From Raja brachyura (taxonomy: Eukaryota), in assembly GCA_963514005.1 (NCBI GenBank), contig OY740795.1:33480001-33544000 (forward strand): a stretch of DNA of 64,000 nt. The letters are read 5' to 3'. Both the position numbers and the translations under genes were made by a program. Of this stretch, positions 1-12,881 are shown in pieces. Below the pieces are notes generated by a model. The model did no database searches. It was not told the origin of the DNA and worked only from the letters and a program-made list of their open reading frames with translations. Each line of letters starts with the position of its first letter. Position 1 is the first letter of the stretch.

Positions 1-99
1 ATTAAAGGGAAGAACAATTGGCTGGATAACAGAAACACATTAATGGCAATGAATAGCTTTTTTATGGAGGACTGGTGGGTTGTCATCAATGGCCATGGA

Positions 100-270
100 G
101 TCATAGAATCATTCAGCATGGAAACAGGCCCCTCAGCCTAATTTTCTCACACCAACTAACATGCCCCATCTGCACTGGACCCACCTGTCTGCGCTGGACC
201 CAGAACCCTCTAAACCTATCGTATCCATGTACCTGTCCAAATGTCTCTTAAACATTATGATAGTGCCTGC
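100..270 (-). mobile_element. CR1/HER1-type LINE 3' end fragment
   Basis: Reverse complement of a CR1-type 3' tail (catagaatcattcagcatggaaacaggccc...ctctaaacct...tccatgtacctgtccaaatgtctcttaaac); the same tail recurs at about 23170, 24095 and 46165. Confidence 0.7.
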
Positions 271-1241
271 TTAAATATTATGATAGTACCTTCAAATAGC
301 GTACCAGTGTCAGCGATAGGAAAATCTCTTCTTTGATATCATCACATCCACTTTTATCCACATTTGTATGATTTCCTCATTTGAGAATACCTGAGAATTT
401 TAATAGTAGAAGCCTAAATGCAAAGCGAAACAGAAGCAGATATACAGTAAGTATGAATGACAAATTATATAGAATTAAGGTGCAGATTAATCACAGTCAA
501 TTTGAAGGAATTATCTAGTCCTTTTGCAACCAGAGTCAGAATAAAGTGCAATATATAATAAGTGCATAATTTTGCTTGTATTCTGCAACTCTTTATCCCA
601 TTGATTTCATGAAAATTAAATTTTGAAGCAGGTATCATTTATGCAAATCTAATTTACTGGAGAAGAGTTTCTGCTTTAGGGGCAAATTGCAACGTGCGTG
701 TAAACTGCACACAAAATTGTACTCATTTTGAAGTGTTTTTCGTTTGAGTTTACCCTGAACCCATCTGACTATTGCCAAGCACAAAACTTGCTTGCATTTG
801 GGCAGAGCAAACATTTTAACTATTGCTTTGAAAAATATTCCTTGATGTATTTTGTAAAGGCAACCTGGTCCAGGTTGATTAATACCACTGAAAAATAGAT
901 TTATCGCTAAAAGTTACAGCTATTTTATTCATCATATCAATCAATCATCTCTAAGTAATCCAATTTTAAATTCCTGAACATTATCTAATATTCAGAAGTG
1001 CTTGCTAGTTACATTGGGATCATTTTTTTAAATGAAAATATTGCAGTCATTTCTATTAATATGTAGCAACTAAAAGAATCATCTTAAATTTCTAGAGCCT
1101 TCTCAAAGGACTGCCAACAAGCACAATTAGTGCAAACTCCCAATGGCGATTATTACTAGTGGTGTGGCCAGTTATATAGGCAGATCATAGTTCTAGTGCA
1201 ATAATTTTAAAACTTGTGATAAAGACTACAGAAATTCAGTT

Positions 1242-1514
1242 GGAGCGACACAGTGGTGCAGCAGTAGACCTGGGTTTGATCCTGATTATGGGAACTGAGT
1301 GTACAAAGTTTGTACATTTTCCCTATAACCACGTGGGTTTTCTCCGGGTGCTCCGGTTTCCTCCTACATTCCACAGACATCAGGGGTTTGTTGATTAATT
1401 GGCTTCTGTAAATTGCCCCTTGTGTGTTATAGAACTAGTGTATGGGTGATCGCTGGTCGGCGCAGACTCAGTGGGTCGATGGGCCTGTTTCCATGCTTAT
1501 GCTCTAAAACTAAA
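1242..1514 (+). mobile_element. tRNA-derived V-SINE (HE1-like)
   Basis: tRNA-like head (cagtggtgcagcagtag...gggtttgatcc), V-domain (gtgggttttctccgggtgctccggtttcctcc) and CR1-like tail (gggcctgtttcc...ctctaaaactaaa); three more copies in the window. Confidence 0.8.
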
Positions 1515-2189
1515 GCTGAATGTAACTTTAGCATAACATTCTTGGATAAAATATGCAGAGGAATCTCCATTGTAAATTCACGATCGGTATGTTCAGTAAA
1601 GTGTAAATATGATAACTGTTTATTGTAACTGAACCTCATGCTGTGAAAAAAAAATCAAAGATACAGAAAGTACAGACAAGATCCCAGAATAAAATAAAAT
1701 CCCAATTAAACATCAGGATTGTATTTGCCTTTTCAAAAATCCTGACTGTAAATTTACTCTTCTTTATGAGCGCTAAAACTGCAGTAAATTGCCGTCCTCC
1801 TGTCTTTAGCATGGAAAGAGCCATGTTATTGACCTTAGTTGGGTTACAATGCATCAAAATCATGAACAGCACAAGCACGGATGATCGAGAACATTCCTGC
1901 ATAGCAATGATATGGATTCAAGAAATCACGTGGATGCAATTTTTTTCACACAATCTGATGCAACTCAGAACTCATGCTATATTTATAACAATTTTTTCCC
2001 AGACTAATGCCAAATTTCAGCCACAGGGCAGGAGGATAGTTAACTGTGAAGAGGTTGGTTGACAGATGATGTTGAAATGTGCTGCTAGAAAACATGAGGT
2101 GTAACACTTTGAGAGAAAGGATAAGGAGAGGGGCCCATGCATTAAATGATAAAAACTTCAAAAGACACAGAGACGGTGAGAGTTCAGCT

Positions 2190-2700
2190 GCACAAACCTA
2201 TTGATTAAACTTTGTGCGAAAGAACTTGGGTTCCTGGAATTTATAAATAGAAGTATGGTATAGAAAAGCTAGGAGCAATTCTAAATTTATCGATATGCTT
2301 CATTTAGGATATAGTGTACAATTTTGGTCGCTTTATTTTAGGAAGTATTTGAAGGTCATGGAATGGAAGCAAATGGAATTTACCCAGATGATTCCAGAGA
2401 TTGTAGGCTTTAGTCACAAGGACAGTCAAGCAAACAGGCTCTTTTCATTATTTACCAAAGGTTAAGTGGAGACAAAGCTGAAAAATGGGGGATAGATTAT
2501 TGGGACTGCTTGAGGAATCAATATGTATAGACTATAAATTTGAAATCATCACTAAATAAATAAACAAAGCTTTTATTTTGTCCAAATGGCATTTGATGTG
2601 ATCTTACATAAATAATAGTTGAAATTGAATCAATTACAATTTGGAAATGGATAAATATTTCTCAGGGGAAAGGGCAGTCATGGGACTAAGTTGACACGAG
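2190..2700 (+). mobile_element. highly decayed CR1 LINE 3' fragment
   Basis: Degenerate similarity to the CR1 fragments at 35220-35800 and 57075-57765 (tgtacaattttggtcgc...ttttaggaag...gaatttacccagatgattccag). Confidence 0.45.
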
Positions 2701-3046
2701 TTGGTAACATGACCCTTTCCCTTGCTGTCAACTTTGATCACTCCAATGTGATCTACAGACATAAGAATGGGCAAATAAGACTAGATGTCAGATCTTTTGT
2801 GGACTATTTTCAGTGTTATCAGTTCTACAATATTTATTCTTTACTCAAAACATACACACTCGAAAAAATATTAACCACAGCCTGAAGGGGCTGAATAGCA
2901 CCTGCCAAAAGAATTAATTAATTCTGCAAAACATTGGGCTAAGTCGACCAACCTGCCACCAGAAGTTCAAAAAGGATTTGCTGTGTTGAAATGCATGAAT
3001 CTGAAATGTGCTGATATTGAGATACTGATTTGATCTCCAACTTTCA

Positions 3047-3143
3047 AGTCTGAAGAAGGGTTCCGATCCGTAATATCGCCTGTTCCTTTTCTCCAGAGAT
3101 GCTGCCTGACCCGCTGAATTACTCCAGCATTTTATGTCTATCT
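3047..3143 (+). mobile_element. Penelope-derived short repeat with degenerate hammerhead core
   Basis: ctgaagaagggttccgatccgtaatatc (GAAA mutated) followed by the family body ctccagagatgctgcctgacccgctga-ttactccagcatttt. Confidence 0.7.
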
Positions 3144-4277
3144 GCAGAACACTGTTTTTCTGATCTGAGGATATGGATGCACTTCGCACCTGGCCCATAG
3201 CTTTATATTGGGGTGGGCTGGCATGCAAATAACAGCCCATTTATTGGAATGGAATTGCCCACACTGTGATCTATGTTTTTTTTTAATAACCAGTTTTAAT
3301 ATTTAAATGTTTAATTAGATAAATAAAGATATAAAATCGTTAAATTACACCAAATCAATTAGAACAGTTCTGGAGGTTCCACGACCAGCAGAACCACTTA
3401 GAAAATAGTTCAAAAGCCTTTAACAGCAGTGAGATTCCAAATGCACTGTGGGAGTTAGGCATGGGGCCAACCTGTTGCATGAAGCTGTTTCTCCTGTGCA
3501 GTTAGCTCTCATATAGTATATATCAGGCAATTCATTTGGCCCCATGCATTGAGGAAGAACAAAGGCTGAATGGCAGGGACGTGGGTAGCAAGTCTTAGGC
3601 AACTGGCCAGGTCGACGATAATCAGGCCATCCATGTAAATATCCATCCGGTCAATGCCATGAAACCGTCACTAGAATAGTCCATTTGGTATTGTGCAGAA
3701 GTTTGACAGCACCCATTGAGATGGTGCTGCCAGATGCAAAGGAACTTGTTCGTAATTCAGTTAATAACGAATGTTCGTCATTGAAAAATCACATGCATCG
3801 AACGTCATGTGTCTTGAACAACCTGCAAAGCTGGATCTATATATGAATAAAAATGGCAACTGTTTTGTGATATATTTAAATGATATTGTAGAATGGTGCT
3901 TTGCCTTACTAATTAGAATTGCAGTCATGACCCACTGTATCCAGTGAATTGGACACTTTTGTTTTACCAGCTTTTTAAAAAGATAATATTCAACAACTGT
4001 GATCTATGGTGGGATTAGAATTTCAGGGGTCAAAAAAGGATTTTGATTTTCAGAGTCTGGGCAGAACTGCTTTAAAATCTCACGAGCTCACTTTAAAAAT
4101 GAATGAGAAAATAGGTTATCCAGGAGTCATTGTAAAAAAAAAATCAATAGACAGCATATATCCACTTGGGTTATCAAAATCCTTGAATTTGAAGAAAAAA
4201 AACACTTTAGGTATCATACAGAGCAGGCTTTGAAATGCGATCACTCAGTATAGCACAGAAAAAAAAGCGACACACAC

Positions 4278-4283
4278 TTTATT
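4278..4283 (-). promoter_or_regulatory. candidate distal polyadenylation signal
   Basis: The minus strand reads AATAAA then gtgtgtgtcgc and a T run, with a further U-rich tract about 80 nt downstream. Alternative AATAAA sites lie at 5748-5753 and 5762-5767. Confidence 0.45.
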
Positions 4284-6328
4284 CCTTTGGAATGTAATAG
4301 TGTTATTGATATATTAAATAACATACATATTCCATACCTAATCTACAGCCACAAGGAGAAAGCAAACATAAAGGTGGATGCCATAGCTCTTTATACACAA
4401 TCAATTAAATAAATAAATGAGCAGAAAACATTCTACTGCAAATGGTCATTACAATAACTGCAAAATTCACACATAATTAAGCTTACTTTCTGTAATGTGT
4501 GCAAAATGTGAGTGAATGAATATGTATATATTTTTGAAATATCTCATTATTAGAAAATATAACCTAAAGTTAGCAGTAATTTATAAATCATGACACACTT
4601 CCAGGTTGCCAATTAACTATCAGTTCTTTCTTAAAGTGAGGTTTCATTGTCAATGCGGAGCTCACAGTCAAAGTCATGTAAAGGGGTTAAAATCTGCATT
4701 CATTAAACATTGAAGCATGTGTGTACCCACTGATTTTGTTGCCCCGAGAATAAGATATAACCTATTTTTGACAAGTTTTCATCTTCTCTGCGGAAGACAG
4801 CGAAACCCTCAACCACTACATGAAACCAAATAAGTCACAAGGAGGTTGGTAATGAATAATCCATTTTATATTCCAATGGCACCCGCAGCTCTGAGTGGTG
4901 GATTTCTGCCAGATGATAGCACGGCTGCAAAGAAACCGCATGACGCAGCTGATGTTTAAAGAAAACAGACATAAGCCCAGAACAGATCATTAGCCACAAA
5001 ACTGTTGTTTAATGCAATTTCTTAATGAACAAAATAGTTGATCCTAATAATGAAACAAAATAAAATGTTTAAACAGTAGCCAGGTTGTTGGTGATGCACA
5101 ATTATTTCCTTGTCAAGTTTTTATGATTTAATGAGGTCCACTGGGACTGACATCTGTCAGTCAACTGTGACTTTTTGACACTATTACAACTTCAAATACA
5201 TTTCCAGGCAGGCTGTTTTCTTCAGGTTTGAAATACTGAAATGATCTGACAGGTTTAAAAAAAAGAGAAAAAAATGTATAGTGAAGAGAGCAATTTTTTT
5301 TTACAGTGGGCTAGACAATCTGTGCTGCCATGGTAATGAAAAACTATAGAGGTCATTATCTGATGAGGTTTGCGGAATTGGTAGAATTTAAGATAATGAT
5401 AACCTCAATGGGTTCTACCCACATGGGGACGGTCAGATCTGCACAATTTTGTTCACTGTTAATTTCTGCCTTTGAAGCTCTCAGCTCTGAAGCAAAAGCA
5501 AAGAAAGCCCCCCACCAAGCCAGTTCCAAAATAAGACAATTCAGCCTGCCTTAAACAGAATATCAAATACTCCTCATCATGTTGCTGTAGACTGACGTCA
5601 GGCATGCTCTCCGTTCTCTGACTTTACATGCGGCGTTTAAAACTGTAGCAGGAGCCTTCAAGATCGAATTTAGTTAAATTCTTGCTTTGCATCTTTTAAT
5701 TATTTTTCACATTATCAGTATTGCACGTAAAGCCCATAGGTTAGCCATTTATTTCCAGTTATTTATTTTGCACTTGAGTGTAATTTCCATAATGTTACAT
5801 GATGCATTTGTGAAAGAGGGAGTGTCACAATAATTAATTAGGTGTATACCTAAAACCTAGACCAATGTGAAGACAGGAAATAGGCAATCCACTTGTCCTT
5901 TGGACCTGGAAGCTGTGCATGTCAGTGCGTCACTGTGTTTTTTTTTCACAGCTAACCACAGTTCCCCATCATTTATCCTCTAGATATAACCTGCAAGCTG
6001 TTGGCAGATCTTACACACATATACAAAGGCCTGTAGTGCACCAACATACAACCCCATCACAAGACTTAAAATGATTCTGCTCCCCCCCCTTCTTCCAGCA
6101 CTGAACAATCAAGAAGTCCACACGATCCCAGTTTCACTAAAAATCCAAGTCACTTTCTCAAGAACAAGAAGAAACAAGCAAACAATGGTACAAAATTTTT
6201 TTTTTTACACTGTTTGAGCCAGTGGAGAAGAATCTGTCAGTGCAAGAAGATGATTCATGTGACCAATTTGTCCTAATTACACTGAACAAGCAGTTTGTCG
6301 TTATTAATCACAGAAGAATAGAGACGTA
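4278..6328 (-). other. vti1a: probable vti1a 3' UTR
   Basis: Directly follows the stop codon on the minus strand, has no recognisable TEs, and ends at an AATAAA followed by GU/U-rich sequence. The extent is inferred. Confidence 0.5.
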
Positions 6329-6422
6329 TCAGTGGCCTCTGACAGCAAAATAAATGGCCAGCACAATGGAGAGGAGAATGATGGCGCCCAGGATAAACAC
6401 GACGATCCGATTCTGGATGATC
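6329..6422 (-). CDS. vti1a: last coding exon of VTI1A (vesicle transport through interaction with t-SNAREs 1A), C-terminal transmembrane anchor
   Basis: Minus strand shows a polypyrimidine tract and AG acceptor (tttgtttcctcccttctgcccccttc...ccctgtctag), one phase base G, then IIQNRIVVFILGAIILLSIVLAIYFAVRGH-TGA. This matches from memory the human VTI1A C-terminus RIIQNRILLVILGIIVVITILMAITFSVRRH in sequence and length. Confidence 0.93.
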
Positions 6423-6961
6423 CTAGACAGGGATTTTAAAGAAGGGGGCAGAAGGGAGGAAACAAAAAAAAAGAGTAAAGAGATTAGAAACTGCAACAAA
6501 TAAAATCCTTATTCAGCTAACCAGTGATCAAAGATGTCAGTCTGCAGACTGGAGGTGCTCATGTAGATGTAACTTCTGAATTAAATTGAAGCTTGGAGTA
6601 ACATCAAATAGAGGCACGTTTATACGTTTACATTTCTACATGAAAATACACATATTGGATATAATTCCTGCTGTTTGCTGAACACTGTCAGCTCCTGTTT
6701 ATAGCGATGGTTTGAAAATTACTTTCAAAGTGTACATTAAACAAACATACAAAGCACAAATCCGCAAGTATACTGCACTTCTAAAAAAAACAAGTGCACA
6801 AAGGTACCAAGCATGCAATTATTGTCGATTATGTGGATGTCAAACTTTTAAATGCCCAGTAGAGAAAGGAAAATATTTGCACGTGTTGAAAATCTGTAAT
6901 AAAACCTGGAAACATTGCAAATATACAGCAGGTCTGGGCTATCATCTCAAAAGATTAAAGA

Positions 6962-7110
6962 GAGGTTAACATTTCAGGTGTGGAACCTTTTGCAGACCAA
7001 TTTTGATCAAAGGTCTACACACCTTAAATATTAATCTGTCTTTACTCTTTACCTTTTACAGTCACTGATGGACCTGCTGTGCATTTCCTGTATTTTTGTG
7101 TTTTATTTCC
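6962..7110. mobile_element. old palindromic Penelope-derived repeat
   Basis: Inverted arms ggttaacatttcaggtgtggaacctt / aaggtctacacaccttaaatattaatc followed by a decayed family body (gacctgctgtgcatttcctgtatttttgtg). Confidence 0.45.
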
Positions 7111-10100
7111 TAATATCTGATAGTTAGCAAGGAAACAAATGAAATAAATAGTTGAGCGTGAGTGAAAGGCATTAGTTCTCACTAAATAAGTAGAAATTGG
7201 ATTGGATTGTAAATGATACATGTCAAATCACTAATAGTCTCCTCACGACACTCCAAAGGGGCTGCTCTCTATCCAACTGACAGGTTACAAAATTATCACA
7301 TTTGCTGACATGTCTTCCGCAAAACTGCTTTAGTTTTTGTCCACATTCTAAGCAGGAGATGAATGACCACCTCTGTCACCATTCATCACTCACTGCAAGC
7401 ACTGGATCCATCTTGCTATCTGACTACTCCTGCCAGCAAGGATCAACACAAAACCTTCAACAACCCCCAATGCTAGCCAGCTTGTGCCCAGACCACAGAA
7501 ATAACAAAGGACATGTGTAAATGCTCTTAGCTTTCAGTATAATGAAACCTGCTTGCAGACCTGGGGTATTGTCAATGTTTTCAGGAAAAAAAAACCTCAT
7601 AGAACCAAACCACAAGTTGAAAAGGACGAAAGCTGAGGAAGCATTGCTCCATTAAAGCGTCAGTATCCCTGTTACTGCCTTACACAAGCTACTTTCAAGT
7701 GTATCAAACTGCATAAAAACCTCCCCTGGACATTACATGTTTACTACAAGGTTTTGAGGGTATTAGTTACTGTCTGTTCTGCTATACAAATACTAAGTAT
7801 GAACAGTTTTGCTTCTGAAGAATGGAATTTTGAAATTTCATCATATAAAATGTTTCAAGGTCTGCTCTGTAGATGTGATTTGAAATGTAAATGATAATAA
7901 GTTAGCTTAGGCTAGTTAGAATGTGAAGAAGGGTAAATACATTTCTTGAAGCATATGTTAAACAAAAGATAACCAGTGGTATTTTTCTGAATTTTAAATA
8001 ACGCTAAATTATATTTATAATGTTAAGTTTACATTAAAACTGCATAAGGAAAACTTATGCAAGGATACTTTTAAAACCTTTTTTGGGCTTTCAATTTCAA
8101 AGACCATGTGAGATCTAATTTTAAAAAATCTAAATACTCACGTAAGTCATGTTAACCGTGTAATATTTTATATTAAATAATTTTAACATTGTAATAATTG
8201 GTTTGACATGTTTGCATTTATATGAGGTATATATGATCTGATTGGATAGTACACAAAACAAAACTGCTCGCTGTACCTCGGTACACGTGACAATAATAAA
8301 CCTAAACATAGTTAAGATTTTGTCTGCAGACAAGAAATCAGGATAGAAATGTGAAGGCTTCACAATGAGAGAGTAATAGGAAGATACCTTTTCACAAAAT
8401 AGGGTTTTAATCCATTGCTCATTAAAAATGTCATTTACTTTTCCTCACTATTCTTCAAGGACCATCTATATTCTGATATCCTTGTAGTCACCCCATTAAG
8501 AGCCTGCTAGATATTCATTTAAACAGACTAGAAGTCAGAATCATAGCAAATAGAAAGATGAATGAGAAGGCACAGGCTTAATTAAAATATGTAATTTTAT
8601 GCTTTTCTGTTTTTACTCATACCATATTAGTACTTTTATAGCACGAATAAGAGCAGCTAATCAGTTCCTCAGGATATTCTTTAGGCAACAAGCCTTTCCA
8701 CAAAGATGCCATTAAAATCCTGACTGCAGCAGGATTTCTTGTTGAGGTACGCATGCTTTGCATTCTTCTGTATCATCAGCTCACTTCAAGGCCATTGATG
8801 GTGGATATAACAGAAATCAATCTTGATGCCAGAACAAATCAACAAAATCTTGGAAATATCCGTTGCAGAAGTGAACAAAAAAAGACAGGCAGATCGATTT
8901 ATTCACAAATGGCTTGATAACATAGTATGCCAATATCAAACGCTTATTTGGTGCCTTACATGAACATGATAATTCATCAGAAAAATAAATAACCATTGAG
9001 GCCCTGGGAAATGCTTGTTAAAATTGAAGCAAGTAGAATGAGTTATGCAGGTAGCGCACTTCCTCCGCAATGATAAAGGCAAGCTACTGAACTGTAAATC
9101 AAGACACACAGCATGTAGCTATCTGTCCATTGAGAGGTCAGGCATAAACTTGTGTATCAGAGTTGCAAATGGAAAATTCTTCATCCTGGTATCAGCTGGG
9201 TAATGGGAATGGAGGCTACATGGGTAGGTGCATAAAACACCAGATTGATCCTTATCCCACAGCAAGAGGAAGAGATAAAAGAGACACAGTAGTTTGTGTA
9301 TCTTTCATCTGCCAGTTCAAGAGTGGAACATGAATTTGGATAATGGTTGCCTGCTAGGAAATGCCTCCAATGCTCAATACAATTTTTTTTTAAAAGGTCG
9401 TGTCCAAAAGTAAAGCAATTTGGCGTGTAAATATATGGGCATTTGAGCTGTTGGAAATAACAGTTTCAAGAATCAAATTATAGCATGGTGATTTTAATTA
9501 AACTGCTGACACTAAAAAGGCTAACATTTCCAGTGATTTTAATGTCCAGTTTGGCTAATTCAAAATCTACAGTGAGTCAGTTTTGGAGCCATGTCTACAT
9601 TATCTCAGCCAAAGGTACAATTATGAATCCATACTGATAGGAAATTTGGTCTGCATCAGTAACGCATACTGCCAATATATTTTTACATCATTTTTGTAAC
9701 CAGAGTTTTATTTACTATGGTAAAACAAGATAAGACGCAGAAGTCCTTACAAGTTCCATTATGATTCGGTGGAAGGGTGAGATTATTTCAAATTTTGTTG
9801 AACACAGTTATGTGCATTGACATAGTGAGTAAAATAAAGTGATTAATGCAAGTATATACTACCTGAATATGCCCTGAATTCCATTACCTTTGTGAAAATG
9901 GTGCTTTATTGCCTTATTCATGTTGATAAGATTGAAAGTTGTGAATCTATTTTCTTTTATAATAGATACAAACAAGTCTCCTTTTAAATTTACAGATGGT
10001 AATTAGTAACATCAGCACACTATTAATCTTGTGATAATTATTAATGACTTCCAATTCACCACTCTTTTCTTTAGACTGTGAATTGTTTTAAAAGACAACA

Positions 10101-10199
10101 AAAAGATAAAATTAAACATTTTAATTATTTGCCTTTTCCTTTACCTTTAATGTCTTTCTTATTCAATCTTTCTTTTGCTTTCTCATATTTTTCTGGTAT

Positions 10200-10527
10200 T
10201 GGCTTTGGTTTATTATTGTCAAGTCTACTGAGATACAGTGAAAAACTATGTTTGGTGTGCTATCCAGGAAAATCATATCATACATGGATGCACCAGGTAG
10301 TGTGAAAGACAAAACAAACAGCGCAGAATCTAGTGTTGTTGCTACAGAGGAAGTTCAGTTTTAAAAAAACTTCAAGGATTGCAATGTGGTAGGTTGGAAG
10401 ATCGGGAATTCATCCTTAGTATATGGGAGGTCCGGTCAAGAGGTTGCTAAGAGTGAGGAAGAAGCTGTTCTTGAATCTGTTCGCACATGCTTTCAAGCCT
10501 TTGTACCTTCTGCCTGACAGGAGAAAC
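10200..10527 (-). mobile_element. Rex1/Babar-type LINE 3' fragment
   Basis: Reverse tail tttattattgtcaagtctactgagatacagtgaaaa, plus gaagaagctgttcttgaatctg...tttcaagcctttgtaccttctgcctga shared with the element at 41970-43235. Confidence 0.6.
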
Positions 10528-11544
10528 ATTGATTGTTTTTCGCTTCACCCTCCTCAGTTGTTTGTTACCCGATCCCTAAATCTCTTACGTTGAGTTAAAT
10601 GGATGGTTGCGCCAACTGCTCAAGTCTCTGAGACCCTCAATGTGACTTTATCAGCTGAAGCCTCCAGCAACTGCGGACATTAAGAGCTGAGGGGCTCAGC
10701 AATCAATCTGGCGAGAAGTGTAAAACTTAGCAAAGTAAAACATAGACGATACCTACAGATGAGGGTTATGTTTCTATTGTTCTGATTTAATATTAAAAAT
10801 AGTATAACAGAAACATTGTCAAAATGCTATTTAATTAATTGGGTAATAGGTTTTTTGCTCATCTAAATGCTATACACAGTACAGTCAGATTGACTACAAC
10901 CTTATGGGTCAGGTATAGATGTGGTAAAGATTATCTTTGGATGATTTATCAGGTTGCGCAGAGTTATAAAGTCTGTAAACAAAAGATGCTGTTGGGATAG
11001 ATAAAATAAAGTCTTACTTGTTGGGTTAATGACCACTTTGGATTTCCTGCTTTTGCAAATAAAAACTGGCCTTCATAAAGGCTGCAAGTTTGTCTGCAAA
11101 CCTTAGCTGGGCTTTTCTGGCCTATTGGGTCTTCACAGATAACCCCATTACCAGGTTAAACGTTGGCTGGAGACTCTCTTTGTCTTTGCTCCCGTGGGAG
11201 TAAAATCATCATGTCCTGTGAAACAGTTCACCCAAGGGCCTGGCCCGGATACAACAGCACAGCAAGGCCTTCAAATACCTGGCATTTGTGCACTGCAAAT
11301 CCACCATTATTGGTTGAAGACAACAAACACAGTCAATTTATATATTAGTAGACTGGTGTGCTATTAACACCGTATTTTAAATTACAATTATAGTTCTAAA
11401 TGGTATCAATCGAAAACAGAATCTACAGCTGAAACCAAATTAAAATCTTTCTTTGTACTTGTTTGTGGAAATAAAATTGCGCTAAAATGATGTCCACTGT
11501 ATCCTCCTCTATCGATAATAGGGCAGGTTTAACAGAGACACTAG

Positions 11545-12881
11545 AGACAACTAAACAAAAGGCCGCTCTAACGAAAAGTCAAATAATGGACATGACGTCG
11601 CCGGGGGGGGGGGGGGGGCGGGAACTTGTCGGCTACTGGTCCAGATCCCCGCGTCTATCACATCACTGGCTGATGGAGACGGGAGGGTGGTGGTCATTTT
11701 CCCACATAAGCCATAGGTGTCTGAGCATCTTGACTGAGTCTGAAGGGTCTCGACCCGAAATGCCACCCATTCCTTCTCTCCAGAGATGCTGCCTGACCCT
11801 CCAGCATTTTGTGTGTATCTTTGGTGTGACAGTTGTCTCAATTCATCTGCTGAGACCATTCAGGTCCGAAGAATGGTCTCAATCCGAAACGTCACCCATT
11901 CCTTCTCTCCAGAGATGCTTCCTGTCCCACTGAGTTACTCCAGCTTTTTGTGTCCATCTTCGATTAAAACAGATTACAGATTATCTGGTGTTTTGAGTGT
12001 GGGAGCTTGTGTGCGTTACGCAGGCAACCAGACGGTATTACTGTGTTTAAACAATAAATAAAACGTGCTTCTTGGTGTCAAGAGGGGGGGGGGGGGGGGG
12101 GGGAGTGGGAGGAGATAAAATTGTTCTTTGTAATGCACACTTGCCATCGGCCCGCCAGGGAATTTGTGTCCCCCCCCCATGTTTTAAAAACTATTTACTA
12201 TGGCTGCCAATGCTCAGAGCCGTCAGTCCTGGCAGCCGGGGTGGGGGGTGAATCACCTTGGGTGTGGGTCGGGGTCCGGGGGTCGGGGGGGGTGAATCAC
12301 CCTGGTGTGGGGGTTTGGGTCCGATGGTGGGGCATCGCGGTCAGTGACTCTGGGTGGGCAGAGGGACCAGCCTGTCCCACACCTCTGCTCCACCCGGTCC
12401 CGTGTGTGTGCGTGTGCTGCCAATTCACAGCCCGTCACAGTGCGGCCGCAAGGGGGAGACGAGGCGGAGGGCGGCCGTGGCCGTGGGAGAGTGGGGGCTG
12501 TCCCGAGGGATGCGCTCCTTCGGCCGCTTACAACTTGATGCTCGGGTTCAGAGTGCCCAGTCGCCTATGCTTGTGTGAGAAAATGACCCCCACCCTCCCG
12601 TCTCCATCGGCCAGTGATGTGATGGACGCGGGGGGACATGGGGGTCTGGACCAATCGCTGACAAGTCCTGCGATGTCATGTCCGTTATTTGACTTTTCGG
12701 CAGAGCGGCCTTTCGGTGAGTTGGCTTGTAGGCGATGCAACCTTTCGGTGAGGTGGCGTCCCACCCTTTCAGCTAGTTGGCTTTTAGGCGTCCCGCCCTT
12801 TCGGTTAGTTGGCTTTTCGGCTTTGTACGCTTTCGGTTATTTGGCTTTTCGGCGTAGTTTCCGTTCGGTTATTTGGCTTCC
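11545..12881. mobile_element. foldback-like composite element (about 180 bp inverted arms, tandem subterminal repeats, mixed cargo)
   Basis: 11551-11730 is an imperfect reverse complement of 12536-12722, and the right arm continues into mostly 32 bp periodic repeats (ctttcggttagttggctt) to 12881. CpG-rich; no TSD found. Confidence 0.6.
11737..11963 (+). mobile_element. two tandem Penelope-derived repeats with hammerhead-like cores
   Basis: ctgaagggtctcgacccgaaatgcc at about 11740 and ccgaagaatggtctcaatccgaaacgtc at about 11866, each followed by cccattccttctctccagagatgct. Confidence 0.75.

Noticed and set aside
1242-1290. tRNA-like sequence (also at about 13900-13964, 34507-34570 and 45050-45102)
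   Set aside because: These are SINE heads with A/B-box remnants and no complete cloverleaf, so they are not tRNA genes.
1643-2062. 139 aa ORF downstream of vti1a
   Set aside because: GTG start, no domain similarity and no convincing splice signals; consistent with chance.
11603-12103. G16 and G20 homopolymers as possible G-quadruplex elements
   Set aside because: Simple runs inside a repeat, length unreliable in assemblies, and no independent evidence of function.
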